Positions 1-11,397 are shown, counted from the stretch's first letter. The stretch: 64,000 nucleotides of DNA from an uncultured Alphaproteobacteria bacterium (GCA_963709085.1 CAVPVB010000014.1:13094-77093), one strand, 5' to 3'. Program-made: numbers and translations. Notes: generated by a model from the letters alone, not told the origin.

Positions 1-753
1 GGCGCAACTACTACGAATATCAGGTACTCGTGCGCTTCGCCGCGGCGCTGCCAAACGGGACCGAGGTCACCCTCGTCGCCGATCGCGGCTTCTGTGATCA
101 CAAGCTCTATCGTGTGCTGCGCGAGGAGCTGAAGTTCGACTTCGTCATCCGCATGCGCGCCAACATTATGGTGACCGCCGCCAATGGCGAGCGCCGCAAG
201 GCGGGCGACTGGGTCGGTCCGGGCGGGCGGGCCCGCGTGCTGCATGGCGCCACCGTCACCGGCCTCACCTATCCGGTCGGTACCGTCGTGTGCGTGCAGG
301 CCAAAGGCATGAAAGAGCCCTGGTGCCTGGTCACCCCCGCCATCGACAAGCCGGCACGTGAGCTGATCAACCTCTACGCGAAGCGCTGGGGCATCGAATG
401 CCAGTTCCGTGATAGCAAGGACATCCGTTTCGGTATGGGCATGAGCGAGGTCCACGTCAGCACCCCCGATCGCCGCGACCGGCTGTGGCTGATCAATGCC
501 TTTGCAGTCGCCTTGCTGACCCTGCTTGGCGCCGCCGGGGAAGCGCTCGGCTTCGACCGGCTGCTCAAGTCCAACACCACCAAGCGGCGCACCCACTCGC
601 TGCTGCGCCAGGGAATCATGCTCTTCCAACTCATCCCAACCATGCCGGAACACCGGCTGCTGCCGCTGGTCGAAAAGTTCGCCGAGTTGCTGAACGCCCA
701 GCCAGTCTTCGTCGAGATGTTCGGTGCGATTTGAAAATGAGGGGAGCCATGAG
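1..753 (+). mobile_element. IS4-family element (type A), 5' part outside window; transposase frame open from base 3 to stop at 734
   Basis: DDE motifs LVADRGF and YAKRWGIECQFRDSK. The 3' end (..GAAAATGAGGGGAGCCATGAG) is identical to a second copy ending at 52904 and the two diverge after it, which defines the end. Confidence 0.85.
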
Positions 754-1666
754 CGCGGCCGCATCACCTGAGCATCGAACCAGGAGACGTTCAGCAAGAC
801 GCGCCTCCCCTTGATCTCGGTCAGGCGCCGCGCCATGGGGGCGAGCGCGCGCGCCTTGCCCAGCAGGCGCCCGCCATCTAGCAGGACGCGGTCATGCGCC
901 AGGCGCACGAGGCACTGCCAGTTCAGCTGCAGGCACTTCTCGAAATGCGTGAACACATCGGCGCCGCGGTCGCCGATGCTGATCCACCGCTTGCCCTGCG
1001 GGCACCGACCGATTGCCGCTATGGTCTCTTCCCACACTGCCGCTTCGGTCCGCCCCCGCGGCGGCTTCGGCCGGGGCTGGCGTTGCTTCGATCGCGCCGT
1101 GGCCAGACGACGCTTCTTCAACGCCTTGAGCAGGCGCCGCTTCTTCCGCACCCTCTCCTTGCGGGCCCAGACCATCTGATGCGCCAGGCCAAGTATCTCG
1201 CCGGTGGATCGCACCATCAGGCACGAGTGGGCCATGAACCCCCGGCCGTGGCCGTTGCCGATCGGACCCAACCCGGTCAGGCTGTGCCGGTGCGACAAGT
1301 CCACCAGCATGTCATCGTGAATGGCCAAAACCGGTTCATCCGCCGCACAGGCGAGCGCGATCACTTGGTCGCGATGCTGCTGCGTGATCACCGCGTGCGT
1401 CACCTCCTCCGCGTCGAACAACCGATACGCCGCCTTCGCCTCCCCAAACGTCTTCGCCTGCAAGGGGACATTCCCGCAGCCGCGCTCCGCCATCGCCGCA
1501 GCCACCTTCACGGCCCGCTCAGTCCTCCTGGAGTCACCCAGCTTCACCCGACCAAACTGCGCCTTGGCCCATTCCCATGGGTTCAACATCACCACCCCCC
1601 ACTCACCCTGTATTGCTCAGGATTTGTGCGATTTACGCATGCAAGGGGAATGTGGGTAAAGGTAAG
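754..1666 (-). pseudogene. IS4-family (IS50/Tn5-like, type B) element, left part; transposase truncated by the type A element
   Basis: MLNPWEWAKAQFGRVKLGDSRRTERAV.. (start ~1589) is near-identical to the copy at 7790-9422; terminal IR ..TGTGGGTAAAGGTAAG ends at 1666. Confidence 0.85.
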
Positions 1667-1737
1667 GGTTTTAGGCTGCTTTTCTCAAGAAGCGGTCGGA
1701 AGACATCGTCGGAATTCTGCTGATCGCGACGGGCGAA

Positions 1738-2019
1738 CTAATCGCGAGGCTGCAAGGCCCGCCGGGGATTCCAGCGCTCGACCTTCCAGTCGGTGAGCCA
1801 GAGGTCGCGCTGGTACGCGGCCGAGACGCGGGAGCCATAAAATTCAAGGCACCGAGAACGGACATAGCAAATGATCTTCTTGGCCTGGAAGCGCGACGCG
1901 ACGACAAGTGATGTTGTGCCTGCGCTCAGGCAGTCGAAGTCATAGTAGACATCGACAAAAAATACCTTTCGTCCGGCCTTCTCGCCGTTCAGCCAAAGAT
2001 GTTTCCTGGGAGCCGTCAT
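1738..2019 (-). CDS. Possible small hypothetical protein (93 aa)
   Basis: Open frame with plausible GC3-rich codons in its 3' half; no recognised motif. Confidence 0.25.
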   Translation of the reverse strand: MTAPRKHLWLNGEKAGRKVFFVDVYYDFDCLSAGTTSLVVASRFQAKKIICYVRSRCLEFYGSRVSAAYQRDLWLTDWKVERWNPRRALQPRD

Positions 2020-2246
2020 TTTGTACTTATAGAAATATCTTCGCCCGTCTTCAACACACCACTGCCAACACCGTCTACCGGAAAGACACGAATACCAGTA
2101 TATTCCACAGGATGAAAAGCGGGGAAATCCCGGAAATCATCGTTCTCCATCTGGTCAAACTCCAGCGGCGTTGTCTACTATGCATGTCTTGATCGCCTGG
2201 CGCCGTTGACGAGAGCGGCCCAAGCAACGCCCACGAAAGGACGACA

Positions 2247-2723
2247 ATGAGCGAGACGAGCGCCGAACCGAGTCACTTGCTTGAGCTGACGGCTCAGATC
2301 GTGGCCGCGCATGTGGGGCACAACCAGGTCGCACCGGACGCGCTGCCGGAGCTGATACGCCGCGTTCATGCGACGCTCACCGGCACACAGAAGCCGCCGG
2401 CCGAGGCCGCAGCGGAAAAGCAACAGCCGGCCGTCCCGCCGAAGAAATCGGTGTTCCCCGACTACATAATCTGTTTGGAGGACGGGAAGAAGCTGAAGAT
2501 GCTCAAGCGTCATCTGCAGACCAGCTACAGCCTGACGCCCGCGCAGTACCGCGAGAAGTGGGGCCTGCCCCACGACTACCCGATGGTGGCGCCGAGCTAC
2601 GCCGAGAAGCGCTCGACGCTGGCCAAGACGATCGGCCTCGGTCGCAGGCCGCAACCCGCCGCTGCGGCCCCTATCCCGGTGCCCCGAAAGGCTGGTCGCC
2701 AGCGCAAATCCGCCGCCGCGTAA
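2247..2723 (+). CDS. mucR: MucR/Ros family transcriptional regulator
   Basis: LTAQIVAAHV..N and the signature SVFPDYIICLEDGKKLKMLKRHL..YREKWGLPHDYPMVAPSYAEKRSTLAKTIGLG; AAGGA RBS upstream. Confidence 0.95.
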   Translation: MSETSAEPSHLLELTAQIVAAHVGHNQVAPDALPELIRRVHATLTGTQKPPAEAAAEKQQPAVPPKKSVFPDYIICLEDGKKLKMLKRHLQTSYSLTPAQYREKWGLPHDYPMVAPSYAEKRSTLAKTIGLGRRPQPAAAAPIPVPRKAGRQRKSAAA

Positions 2724-3272
2724 GTGGTGAAGGTCTGCCCCTGGAGCGGAAACCGGAAAGAAAGGGCGAGAGGCTCTGCCTCTCGCGCTCTGAGCCTGCC
2801 CCGGCGAAAGCCGGGGGGGATATTTGAACCAAGATGATGGCCAAGGGACATCTCCTTACCGAAGATCGGCAGAGGTGCCCCCAACCCTGGTAAAGTTCAT
2901 TGATGAATCAATGATCTGACCCGCCGAGGCACATCGGCACCAAGATCGGCAAGACGACACCTCGAAACGTGATTTCTCCCTTGTGAATCAAGTTGTTCTG
3001 CGCCTCAAGGCATCGGCAAAAATTCGAGCTCGGCTGGCACTTGTCTGAAATTTGTATACATATTTCGGACAGAGGTTTTATGGGCAGCTCGCCGACCGCG
3101 CCGCCGCCTCGGAGCAATTCCAAACCAGCAGGGCAGAGCGGCAGCAACCCGCTCCTTTCTGGAATTCTTGAATTCCGGAATTTTGCTGGCGGGATTGAGC
3201 GCAATGACCCCAACCGGGGCCGAAGCCAGCCGCCGGTCATAAATGGAGACTGATAGTGCATTGATTTTTTTA

Positions 3273-3301
3273 TTGAAACTTCCATACAGGTGTCGTATGT
3301 T
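3273..3301 (+). promoter_or_regulatory. Sigma70-like promoter of the AbiE-type operon with overlapping inverted repeat
   Basis: TTGAAA(3273)-17 bp-TATGTT(3296); CATAC-N7-GTATG inverted repeat at 3283-3299. Confidence 0.5.
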
Positions 3302-3307
3302 GGCAGG

Positions 3308-3745
3308 ATGATAAACGCCGTGCCCAAACCGGAAAGCCTGGAAGCGCGCCTGGAAAAGCGCATCGCGCGCAAGCGTGGCGATGTTTTCCTGCGCGAGGAC
3401 TTCCGTGACCTTGGCGACTACGATCAGGTGGGCCGGGCGCTGCGCAAGCTCGTGCGCAAGGGGCAGCTGATGAAGGCCGGCTATGGCCTCTACACCCGAG
3501 CCCGGCTCTCTGTGCTGGACGGGACGCCGACCCCGACCAAGGGCTTGCGCGAACTCGCGACCGAAATCCTCGGGCGGCTCGGCATCGAGACCGCGCCGAC
3601 GAAACTCGAACAGGCTTACAATGCAGGAAAAACAACTCAGGTGCCGACGGGTCGTGTGATCGGCGTCCGCGGAAGGATCCGCCGCAAGATCAGCTACAAC
3701 GGCTATCCCCTGAGTTATGAACGTGCTGGACAAACGCCTCGTTGA
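3308..3745 (+). CDS. Type IV TA antitoxin, AbiEi-like / DUF6088-type winged-helix protein
   Basis: FLREDFRDLGDYDQVGRALRKLVRKGQLMKAGYGLY..TTQVP; overlaps the downstream nucleotidyltransferase gene. The ORF track start at 3290 lies inside the promoter. Confidence 0.8.
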   Translation: MINAVPKPESLEARLEKRIARKRGDVFLREDFRDLGDYDQVGRALRKLVRKGQLMKAGYGLYTRARLSVLDGTPTPTKGLRELATEILGRLGIETAPTKLEQAYNAGKTTQVPTGRVIGVRGRIRRKISYNGYPLSYERAGQTPR

Positions 3746-4649
3746 AGATGTTGCCAGCCGTCTCCGTTCCGATCCGGGACTGGTTGAGAAGGATTGGCAG
3801 GTCACGCGCGCGCTCAGCGTCCTCGCCAATCTCGACCATGGTGGAGCGCAGCCGGCGTTCGGCGGCGGCACCTCGCTGTCCAAGGCATGGGGCCTTATCA
3901 AGCGTTTCTCCGAGGACATCGACTTCAAGGTGGCAATGCCACCAGCCAGGAGCCGGAACCAGGCCAAGAAGGAGCGCAGCGCCTATCGCGAGCACGTCCT
4001 CGCCGCCCTGAACGCCGCCGGCTTCACCCTCGCCGGCACGCCCGCGAAGCGCGACGAAAACCGCTTCTTCTCCGCTGAATTGCTTTACCCTGGCCTGTTC
4101 GCGGCCGGGCCAGGGCTGCGACCGCACATCCGCGTCGAGATGCTGTTGGAGGGGTCGGCCTTGCCCTCGGTGGCGCGACCGGTTACCTCGTTGATTAGCC
4201 TGGCACAAGGCCGCCCGCCCGAGGTGGCATCTTTCCTCTGCGTCGATCCCGTCGAGACCGCCGCCGACAAGCTGAGCGCGCTCGCCTGGCGGGTGCAGTC
4301 CCGGCGGCGGGACAGCGCGGACGACGATCCGACGATTGTCCGGCACATCCACGACCTCGCCGCGCTCAAGGCCCGCGTCGCCGCATCCGACGCGTTCACG
4401 CGGCTGGTGCACCTGGCGGCCGAACAGGACACGGGCCGGGGAGGGGAGGCAACCGCCGGCTTCAACCGTGCGGCGCTGCTTGCCAGCATGCTCGAACGGC
4501 TGGCCACGGATCGGCTGTGGGCGGATGAGTATCGGGATTTCGTGCGGCAGGTGTCCTATGCCGCCCCGGATGAGCAAATCGGCTTCAGTGAAGCGCTGTC
4601 CGCCGTCGGGGAGCTTGTGGCCTTGATCTCGACAAAGGTTTCGCCATGA
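3717..4649 (+). CDS. AbiEii/AbiGii-family nucleotidyltransferase toxin (type IV TA)
   Basis: VEKDW..FGGGTSLSKAWGLIKRFSEDIDF, ETAADKLSAL, RHIHDL motifs. Confidence 0.9.
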   Translation: MNVLDKRLVEDVASRLRSDPGLVEKDWQVTRALSVLANLDHGGAQPAFGGGTSLSKAWGLIKRFSEDIDFKVAMPPARSRNQAKKERSAYREHVLAALNAAGFTLAGTPAKRDENRFFSAELLYPGLFAAGPGLRPHIRVEMLLEGSALPSVARPVTSLISLAQGRPPEVASFLCVDPVETAADKLSALAWRVQSRRRDSADDDPTIVRHIHDLAALKARVAASDAFTRLVHLAAEQDTGRGGEATAGFNRAALLASMLERLATDRLWADEYRDFVRQVSYAAPDEQIGFSEALSAVGELVALISTKVSP

Positions 4650-4659
4650 GGGGGACGCG

Positions 4660-4746
4660 ATGAAGGTGCAAAGCTTGAAGGATCTGGCGGCGGAAATGCG
4701 TGCGGTGAGATCCCCGCGCCGGCGGACGCTGGAGGTCATAGCGTGA
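4660..4746 (+). pseudogene. Remnant of a small HTH/antitoxin-like regulator gene
   Basis: MKVQSLKDLAAEMRAV, then after an apparent deletion EIPAPADA in another frame; resembles from memory the N-terminus of alphaproteobacterial MarR-like/HVO_A0114-like proteins. Confidence 0.4.
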
Positions 4747-5322
4747 CCTGTTAGATAAACAACGCTAAGCTAGAACGAAACAGGCACGGCCAATCGACAG
4801 CCTGCGGGGGCAATGTTGAGGGGGGCCGTCATGGGCAGTTCGGCATGTCCCACTCCGCCGACGGTTGCCCGATGACAGGCGGCAGCAATGGCCGGAGACA
4901 GGAAACTCCCTGTTGGATCAGTCTGTTGCGGCCAATTGCGGCACAACTCACGAGTGCGCGATAACCCAGAGTTATCACGTGTGACGATCGAGTTTTGGCG
5001 GCGCGTTCCATCCGTTGCTGAGCAGATGGCCATCACCGAACTCCGTGGTGGATTCCTGCCTCACGTCGGCGTCGGCGACGTTTGCTGAGTTCGAGACCGC
5101 TGCTTCCAGGCACAGGTGCAGGCTGGGCTCGTGCTGCACGGCGTCGTGGACGCAGCGGCGGTCGCTCCTTCTCTATCGATGCCAAAAGGCCTGTCGCAGG
5201 ATAACGGCGCTCGAAAGCAGCGGCTCCAATGTCTGCCACATTCAAGGTCCGCGCAATAGACCAATCGACTTCCTGGCTCTGTTTGGTTTGATCTGCGTGG
5301 ATCAAAGCCCAGGAGGACGCAA

Positions 5323-6145
5323 GTGGCACGTTGGCAGCGGTTGAGCAAAACTCAGATTGGTGAGCTGTTTAACCCGCCGACTGAGCAGCGAGAATTGATA
5401 CGTCACTTTACGTTATCAAAGGCCGACCTGACGATAATCGGGCGTTCCCACGGCGAGCACAACCGTCTCGGCCACGCCCTTATGCTCTGCTACCTTGCGC
5501 TATCCTGGCCGCGCCCTGCGTGCCGGCGAACGGCCACCTGCCGCGCTGCTTGCATTTGTCGCTGAGCAAATCGGGGTGTTTCCAGAGGCGATTGACGAGT
5601 ACCTCGCAGCAGAGCGGAATCGCCAGCATCATGCCATCGAATGTCAGCGGCAGCTCGGACTGCGCCCGTTCGGCAGGCGGTCGGCGGCGGAATTGGCTGA
5701 AACCCTCCTGCCGCAGGCGATCGAAGACGACCGGTTCGTCCATCTGGCCGCTCTGGTGATGCAAACATGCCGGCAACGCCGAATCGTTGTTCCGCCGCCG
5801 GCCGCACTCGAACGGCTGTGCGGCGAGCTCCGCGACCGAGCCCGCCGGGAGGTGTATCGCCGATTGGCTGGTGATCTCTCCGCCGAACAGCGCCGCCGGC
5901 TCGATGCGCTGGCACTGCGGCGGGAAGAGACCGGTCAGAATTGGCTGACCTGGTTGCGGCAAATGCCGGAAGCCGCCAAGGCGGACGCGATGCTCGGCTT
6001 GATCGAACGCCTGAAGCATGTGCGCGAAGTCGGCATCGAACCCTGTCGCGGCCACCAGGTCCATCAGGCGCGCCTTGCCCAGCTTGTCCGCGAGGCCGGC
6101 CGAAGCACGGTGCAACACATTGCCAATGAGCCTGAGCGCGCAAAG
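5323..6145 (+). pseudogene. tnpA: Tn3-family transposase N-terminal fragment (DUF4158 region), frameshifted near 5500 and truncated
   Basis: ELIRHFTLSKADL..HNRLGHALMLCYL/RYPGRAL..LAFVAEQIG..WLTWLRQ..LIERLKHVR..VHQARLAQLVREA. Confidence 0.85.
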
Positions 6146-6242
6146 TGAGGGTGATTCCCCGGCAAATTGATCACGGTATGTGATGGGCGCTGCGCCGCCG
6201 CCCTCACCGAGCGTGAGCAGCGCGGGTCCCGGTCTCGGCTGA

Positions 6243-6716
<474 letters not shown>

Positions 6717-6738
6717 CTCGCCAACATCATGGAAAAGG

Positions 6739-7321
6739 ATGTCATCCTTGTACCAAGCCCTGCTGAACGACACCAGATTCCATCAGCAATTGCTCGACTT
6801 CGATCGCGACATTGCAACTGCCGCCCGGGAGGTCGGCTGTAGCGAATGCCGCGGCGCACTGCACTCGGCGCGGTTTCCCCGCAAGCCGCGCGGGGTTCCG
6901 GCCGGACTGGGTGACGAGGTACTGCCAGCGTTTCAGCTGCTGCTGTGCGGTGGACGGTTGCCGCACGCGGGCAACGCCGCCATCGCTGCGCTTTCTCGGC
7001 CCCAAGGTCTATCTCGCCACGGTGGTGACGCTGGCCACCGCGATGCAGCAGGGGGCGACGCCGCTGCGTGTGCAGCGCCTGTCGGCGGAACTTGGCATCG
7101 ACCGGCGCACGCTCGGGCGCTGGCGCAAATGGTGGCTGGAGACCTTTGCCGGCCGGTTCCGGCCGACCGTCATGGCCGCCTTCATGCCGGCGCTCGATCT
7201 GACCGGCGTGCCGGCCACGCTACTTGACCGCTTTGCCGGCGATCTCGCGGAGAAGCTGAGTTGCCTGCTGCGCTTTCTTGGCCCGTTGACTGGCGGGGCG
7301 GCGGCGAGGCGGGCTTTCTGA
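6739..7321 (+). pseudogene. Cys-rich hypothetical protein preceding the DDE transposase; +1 frameshift near 6918
   Basis: [33 protein letters not shown] / YCQRFSCCCAVDGCRTRATPPSLRFLGPKVYL..IDRRTLGRWRKWW; one extra G (GACGAGGTACTGC) joins the two frames. Confidence 0.7.
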
Positions 7322-7789
7322 GGGACCGCAACGACCCGCAGAGGATGCCCGTCGCCGTCCGGCGGTAGCCACCGTTACCGTCCGACTCCGCAACTTTCTG
7401 GAGAGCGGGCATGGCGGACAAACCCGGATTGCGGCTGCATGAGCGCTGGGCGCGATTGCGTTTCTCGGTGATCGGGCAGCTGCTGGCTGCGCCGCCGGAG
7501 AACGGCGCCCTGCGGGCAGCACTGGAAGACCTGGCGGCCCGCGAGTGGCGCCATCCGACGACTGGTGGGCCGGTCCGCTTCGGTGTGTCGACCCTTGAGC
7601 GCTGGTACTATCGTGCCCGCAACGAGCGACAGGACCCGGTCGCCGTGCTGCGGCGCAAGCGGCGCGTGGATGCCGGCGAGCAGGCGTCGATGACGACGCA
7701 GGCTGCGTCAGGCCCTGCTCGCCCAGTACGACGCGCACAAGAGTTGGAGCGCCAAGCTACATCACGACAACCTGGTAGCGCTGGCACAG

Positions 7790-9422
7790 CTTACCTTTAC
7801 CCACATCCTAGATTCAGCGCGAGATTGAACCCGAAGAGGATGAAGCTGAAGACCTGCGAGCCGCGCGAGAGGGTCTGCCAGCCCGGTTCACCATCGCCCT
7901 TGCGATCAAGGAAGCCGCCAAACGTCGCGACACCGTGGGCGAAATCGCGGTTGGTCAGCAGCGCGTCGGGGGAACGGTTGAGCGCCAATGCCAGAATCTC
8001 GATCGTCTGCTCATCTGCGGCGACCGGGCCGTCGGGACAGGCCCGCACATCGGCGCGGCTCTGTAGCAAACGCACCGCAACGACAGACGCGATGGCGAAC
8101 AGCGGCAGGAACCGCTCAGCGGTGCGTAGTTGCGGCCGCTCGATCACACAGCCTGTTTTCAATCCTTTATGAAATTCCTCGATCAGCCAACGGAGTTTAT
8201 ACCAGTCAACCTTCTCGAACGCCGCCTCCGCCGTCGTCACCGGCAGTGTCGACAGCAGAACCCACTCCATCCGCTCGGCGTCGTTCCAGACCCGCACAAC
8301 GGAGCAGCCGATCGCCTGGCTATGGCCACTACTGCAGCACCGCGGCCGCATCACCTGAGCATCGAACCAGGAGACGTTCAGCAAGACGCGCCTCCCCTTG
8401 ATCTCGGTCAGGCGCCGCGCCATGGGGGCGAGCGCGCGCGCCTTGCCCAGCAGGCGCCCGCCATCTAGTGCAATGCGTCGTTCATTTTGCGGTAGTTGAG
8501 CATTCAGATGTCCCTGATCATCTGCCTACGACAATGAAAGATGCCTGTGCTGCTGAGGCTGCTTCAATACACGGCTCCGCCGTCATGCGGTTTCATTTTT
8601 AGCCATTAACCGCAATATTAATGACGCAGAGCACTAGCAGGACGCGGTCATGCGCCAGGCGCACGAGGCACTGCCAGTTCAGCTGCAGGCACTTCTCGAA
8701 ATGCGTGAACACATCGGCGCCGCGGTCGCCGATGCTGATCCACCGCTTGCCCTGCGGGCACCGACCGATTGCCGCTATGGTCTCTTCCCACACTGCCGCT
8801 TCGGTCCGCCCCCGCGGCGGCTTCGGCCGGGGCTGGCGTTGCTTCGATCGCGCCGTGGCCAGACGACGCTTCTTCAACGCCTTGAGCAGGCGCCGCTTCT
8901 TCCGCACCCTCTCCTTGCGGGCCCAGACCGTCTGATGCGCCAGGCCAAGTATCTCGCCGGTGGATCGCACCATCAGGCACGAGTGGGCCATGAACCCCCG
9001 GCCGTGGCCGTTGCCGATCGGACCCAACCCGGTCAGGCTGTGCCGGTGCGACAAGTCCACCAGCATGTCATCGTGAATGGCCAAAACCGGTTCATCCGCC
9101 GCACAGGCGAGCGCGATCACTTGGTCGCGATGCTGCTGCGTGATCGCCCCGTGCGTCACCTCCTCCGCGTCGAACAACCGATACGCCGCCTTCGCCTCCC
9201 CAAACGTCTTCGCCTGCAAGGGGACATTCCCGCAGCCGCGCTCCGCCATCGCCGCAGCCACCTTCACGGCCCGCTCAGTCCTCCTGGAGTCACCCAGCTT
9301 CACCCGACCAAACTGCGCCTTGGCCCATTCCCATGGGTTCAACATCACCACCCCCCACTCACCCTGTATTGCTCAGGATTTGTGCGATTTACGCATGCAA
9401 GGGGGATGTGGGTAAAGGTAAG
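7790..9422 (-). mobile_element. IS4-family (IS50/Tn5-like, type B) element, both ends present; transposase 7797-9345 interrupted by a MITE
   Basis: IRs CTTACCTTTACCCACATCC / GGATGTGGGTAAAGGTAAG; 11-bp TSD CGCTGGCACAG (7779-7789, 9423-9433); motifs SIGDRGAD and YKLRWLIEEFHKGLKTGC. Confidence 0.92.
8469..8633. mobile_element. 165-bp non-coding MITE with IS630-like ends
   Basis: Absent from the other copies of the host IS (cf. 857-865); flanked by CTAG at 8465-8468 and 8634-8637; 25-bp IRs with 5 mismatches. Confidence 0.85.
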
Positions 9423-10524
9423 CGCTGGCACAGACCCGCTCCGAGTTGCGGCCGGTCCCGTCCTACACGACGGTGCGGCGGTTCCTGCGCACGCACGGCC
9501 TGAGCAAGCGGCGTCCACTGACGACGCGGCAGACCGTCGGCGCGCTGGCAGCCGCGGCCCGGCTCGATGCCCGCGAGGTGCGCAGCTACGAGGCTGAATA
9601 TACGAATTCACTTTGGCACTGGGATTGCCATTTTGGATCCAGAAAGGTGCTGACCTCCCGTGGCGTATGGGAGACGCCTGTGCTGTTCGGCGTTCTCGAC
9701 GACTACTCCCGGCTGGCCTGTCATCTGCAATGGTATCTTTCAGAGGCGGCTGAGAATATCGCCCATGGCCTGTCGCAGGCGATGCAGAAGCGCGGCTTGC
9801 CGCGCGCTGCCATGAGCGACAACGGCGCCGCCATGACCGCCACCGAGATCAGCGAAGGCCTCGCCAGGCTCGGCGTTCTTCATCAAACCACGCTGCCGTA
9901 CAGCCCGTACGTCAATGGCAAGCAAGAGACCTTCTGGGGGCAGATCGAAGGCCGTCTCATGGCAATGCTGGAAGGCGTCGATGATCTGACCCTGGCAAAA
10001 CTCAACGAAGCGACACAGGCCTGGGCGGAATACGACTACAACCGCCAGCGCCATTCCGAGATCGACGACACGCCACTCGCTCGCTTCCTTGCCGGTCCCA
10101 ACGTCACGCGGCCCTGCCCGGATGCAGCAACGCTCCGGCTGGCCTTTACCCGCACCGAGCGGCGCACCCTGCGCAAGAGCGACTGCACCGTTACCATCGA
10201 AGGTCGCCGCTTCGAAGTCCCGCGCCAGTATCGGCATCTTTCCATGCTGGACGTCCGCTACGCCGCCTGGGACCTCACCGAAGTCCACCTCGCTGACCTG
10301 CACACCGGCAAGGTCCTCTGCCGTCTGTTCCCGCAGGACAAGACCGGCAACGCCAACGGCCGGCGCCGAACCTTACAGCCGATCGCGGCAGGTTCCGTCG
10401 CCGCGCAACCCGCCAGCGCACCGCCGGCACGCGGCATGGCGCCGCTGCTGCAACGCCTGATCGACCGGCAAGCGGCGACCGGTCTGCCACCGGCCTACCT
10501 CCCCAAGGATGAAGGAGAGGACAC

Positions 10525-11397
10525 GTGAACAAGAAACTGCTCGCCCTCTATGGCCTCAAGTGGAACCCGTTCGCCCCGGGCGTACCGGTCGAGGCGTTGC
10601 ACGTCACCGCACGCGTCGAGTCGTTCTGCTGGCGCGTGCGCCAGCTTGTGGGCGAAGGCGGTTTTGCCCTCGTCACCGGGGTGCCCGGCACCGGCAAGTC
10701 GGCTGCTTTGCGCATCCTCGCGGCCTCGCTGGCGGCGCAGCGTGACGTCAAGCTCGGCGTGATCAGCCGCCCGCAGGCCAACATCGCCGACTTCTACCGC
10801 GAGATGGGCGACCTGTTCGGCGTCGAACTCCAACCGCACAACCGCTGGGCCGGCGCCAAGGTGCTGCGCCAGCGCTGGCAGGCCTATATCGATGCCACCC
10901 TGTCCCGGCCCGTGCTCATCGTCGATGAAGCACAGGAAATCCAGTCCGCCGTCCTCGCGGAGTTGCGCCTGCTGTCTTCCGCCGAACTCGATTCGCGCAT
11001 CCTGCTCACCGTCGTGCTCGCCGGCGACGGGCGGCTTGCCGACCGCCTGCGTTCCGTCGCGCGAGGAGCGCGCCTTCGGCGCGACGAGTTCCTCCCCCTC
11101 GACAGCCGCATGCGCGTGCGCCTGACGATGGAACGCGCCACGCCGCAGGACCTGCAGGAATGCCTCCGCCACGCCCTGCAGCAGGCCGGCGTGCCGACGC
11201 TGATGACCGTGGAGGTGATCGCCGCCCTCTGCGACCACGCCCAGGGCAATTTGCGCGCGCTGATGATCATGGCCGACGAACTGCTCGTCGCCGCTGCCCA
11301 GCGCGAGGCTCGCCAGATCGACGAAACCCTGTTCTTCGAGGGCTGCGCTGCCGCCACCGCCGGCGAAGCCAAGGCAGCGATCCGGCGGCGCCGATGA
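10525..11397 (+). CDS. ExeA-like AAA+ ATPase (AAA_22 type; TnsC/MuB-like position)
   Basis: Walker A GVPGTGKS, Walker B LIVDEAQE; GTGA overlap with the transposase stop. Confidence 0.85.
   Translation: MNKKLLALYGLKWNPFAPGVPVEALHVTARVESFCWRVRQLVGEGGFALVTGVPGTGKSAALRILAASLAAQRDVKLGVISRPQANIADFYREMGDLFGVELQPHNRWAGAKVLRQRWQAYIDATLSRPVLIVDEAQEIQSAVLAELRLLSSAELDSRILLTVVLAGDGRLADRLRSVARGARLRRDEFLPLDSRMRVRLTMERATPQDLQECLRHALQQAGVPTLMTVEVIAALCDHAQGNLRALMIMADELLVAAAQREARQIDETLFFEGCAAATAGEAKAAIRRRR

Larger units (their letters stand above)
7411..10528 (+). pseudogene. DDE (rve/Mu-like) transposase, frameshifted near 7700 and split by an IS4 insertion (7790-9422)
   Basis: N-term HTH (STLERWYYRAR); core LWHWDCHF, GVLDDYSRL, SDNGAAM, PYSPYVNGKQETFW; removing the IS and one TSD rejoins LVALAQ/TRSELRPVPSYTTVRR. 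Confidence 0.85.

Noticed and set aside
4750-5320. Short overlapping ORFs between the TA operon and the Tn3 fragment
   Set aside because: No motif, RBS or codon bias favouring any frame.
5323-6145. Tn3 tnpA fragment as the parent of the GGCC-ended mini-Tn3
   Set aside because: No GGCC-type IR found upstream of this fragment; no sequence link visible.
11040-11100. Apparent extra residues (SVARGARL) in the ExeA-like ATPase as an insertion scar
   Set aside because: In frame, with no IR or TSD identifiable; needs an alignment to judge.
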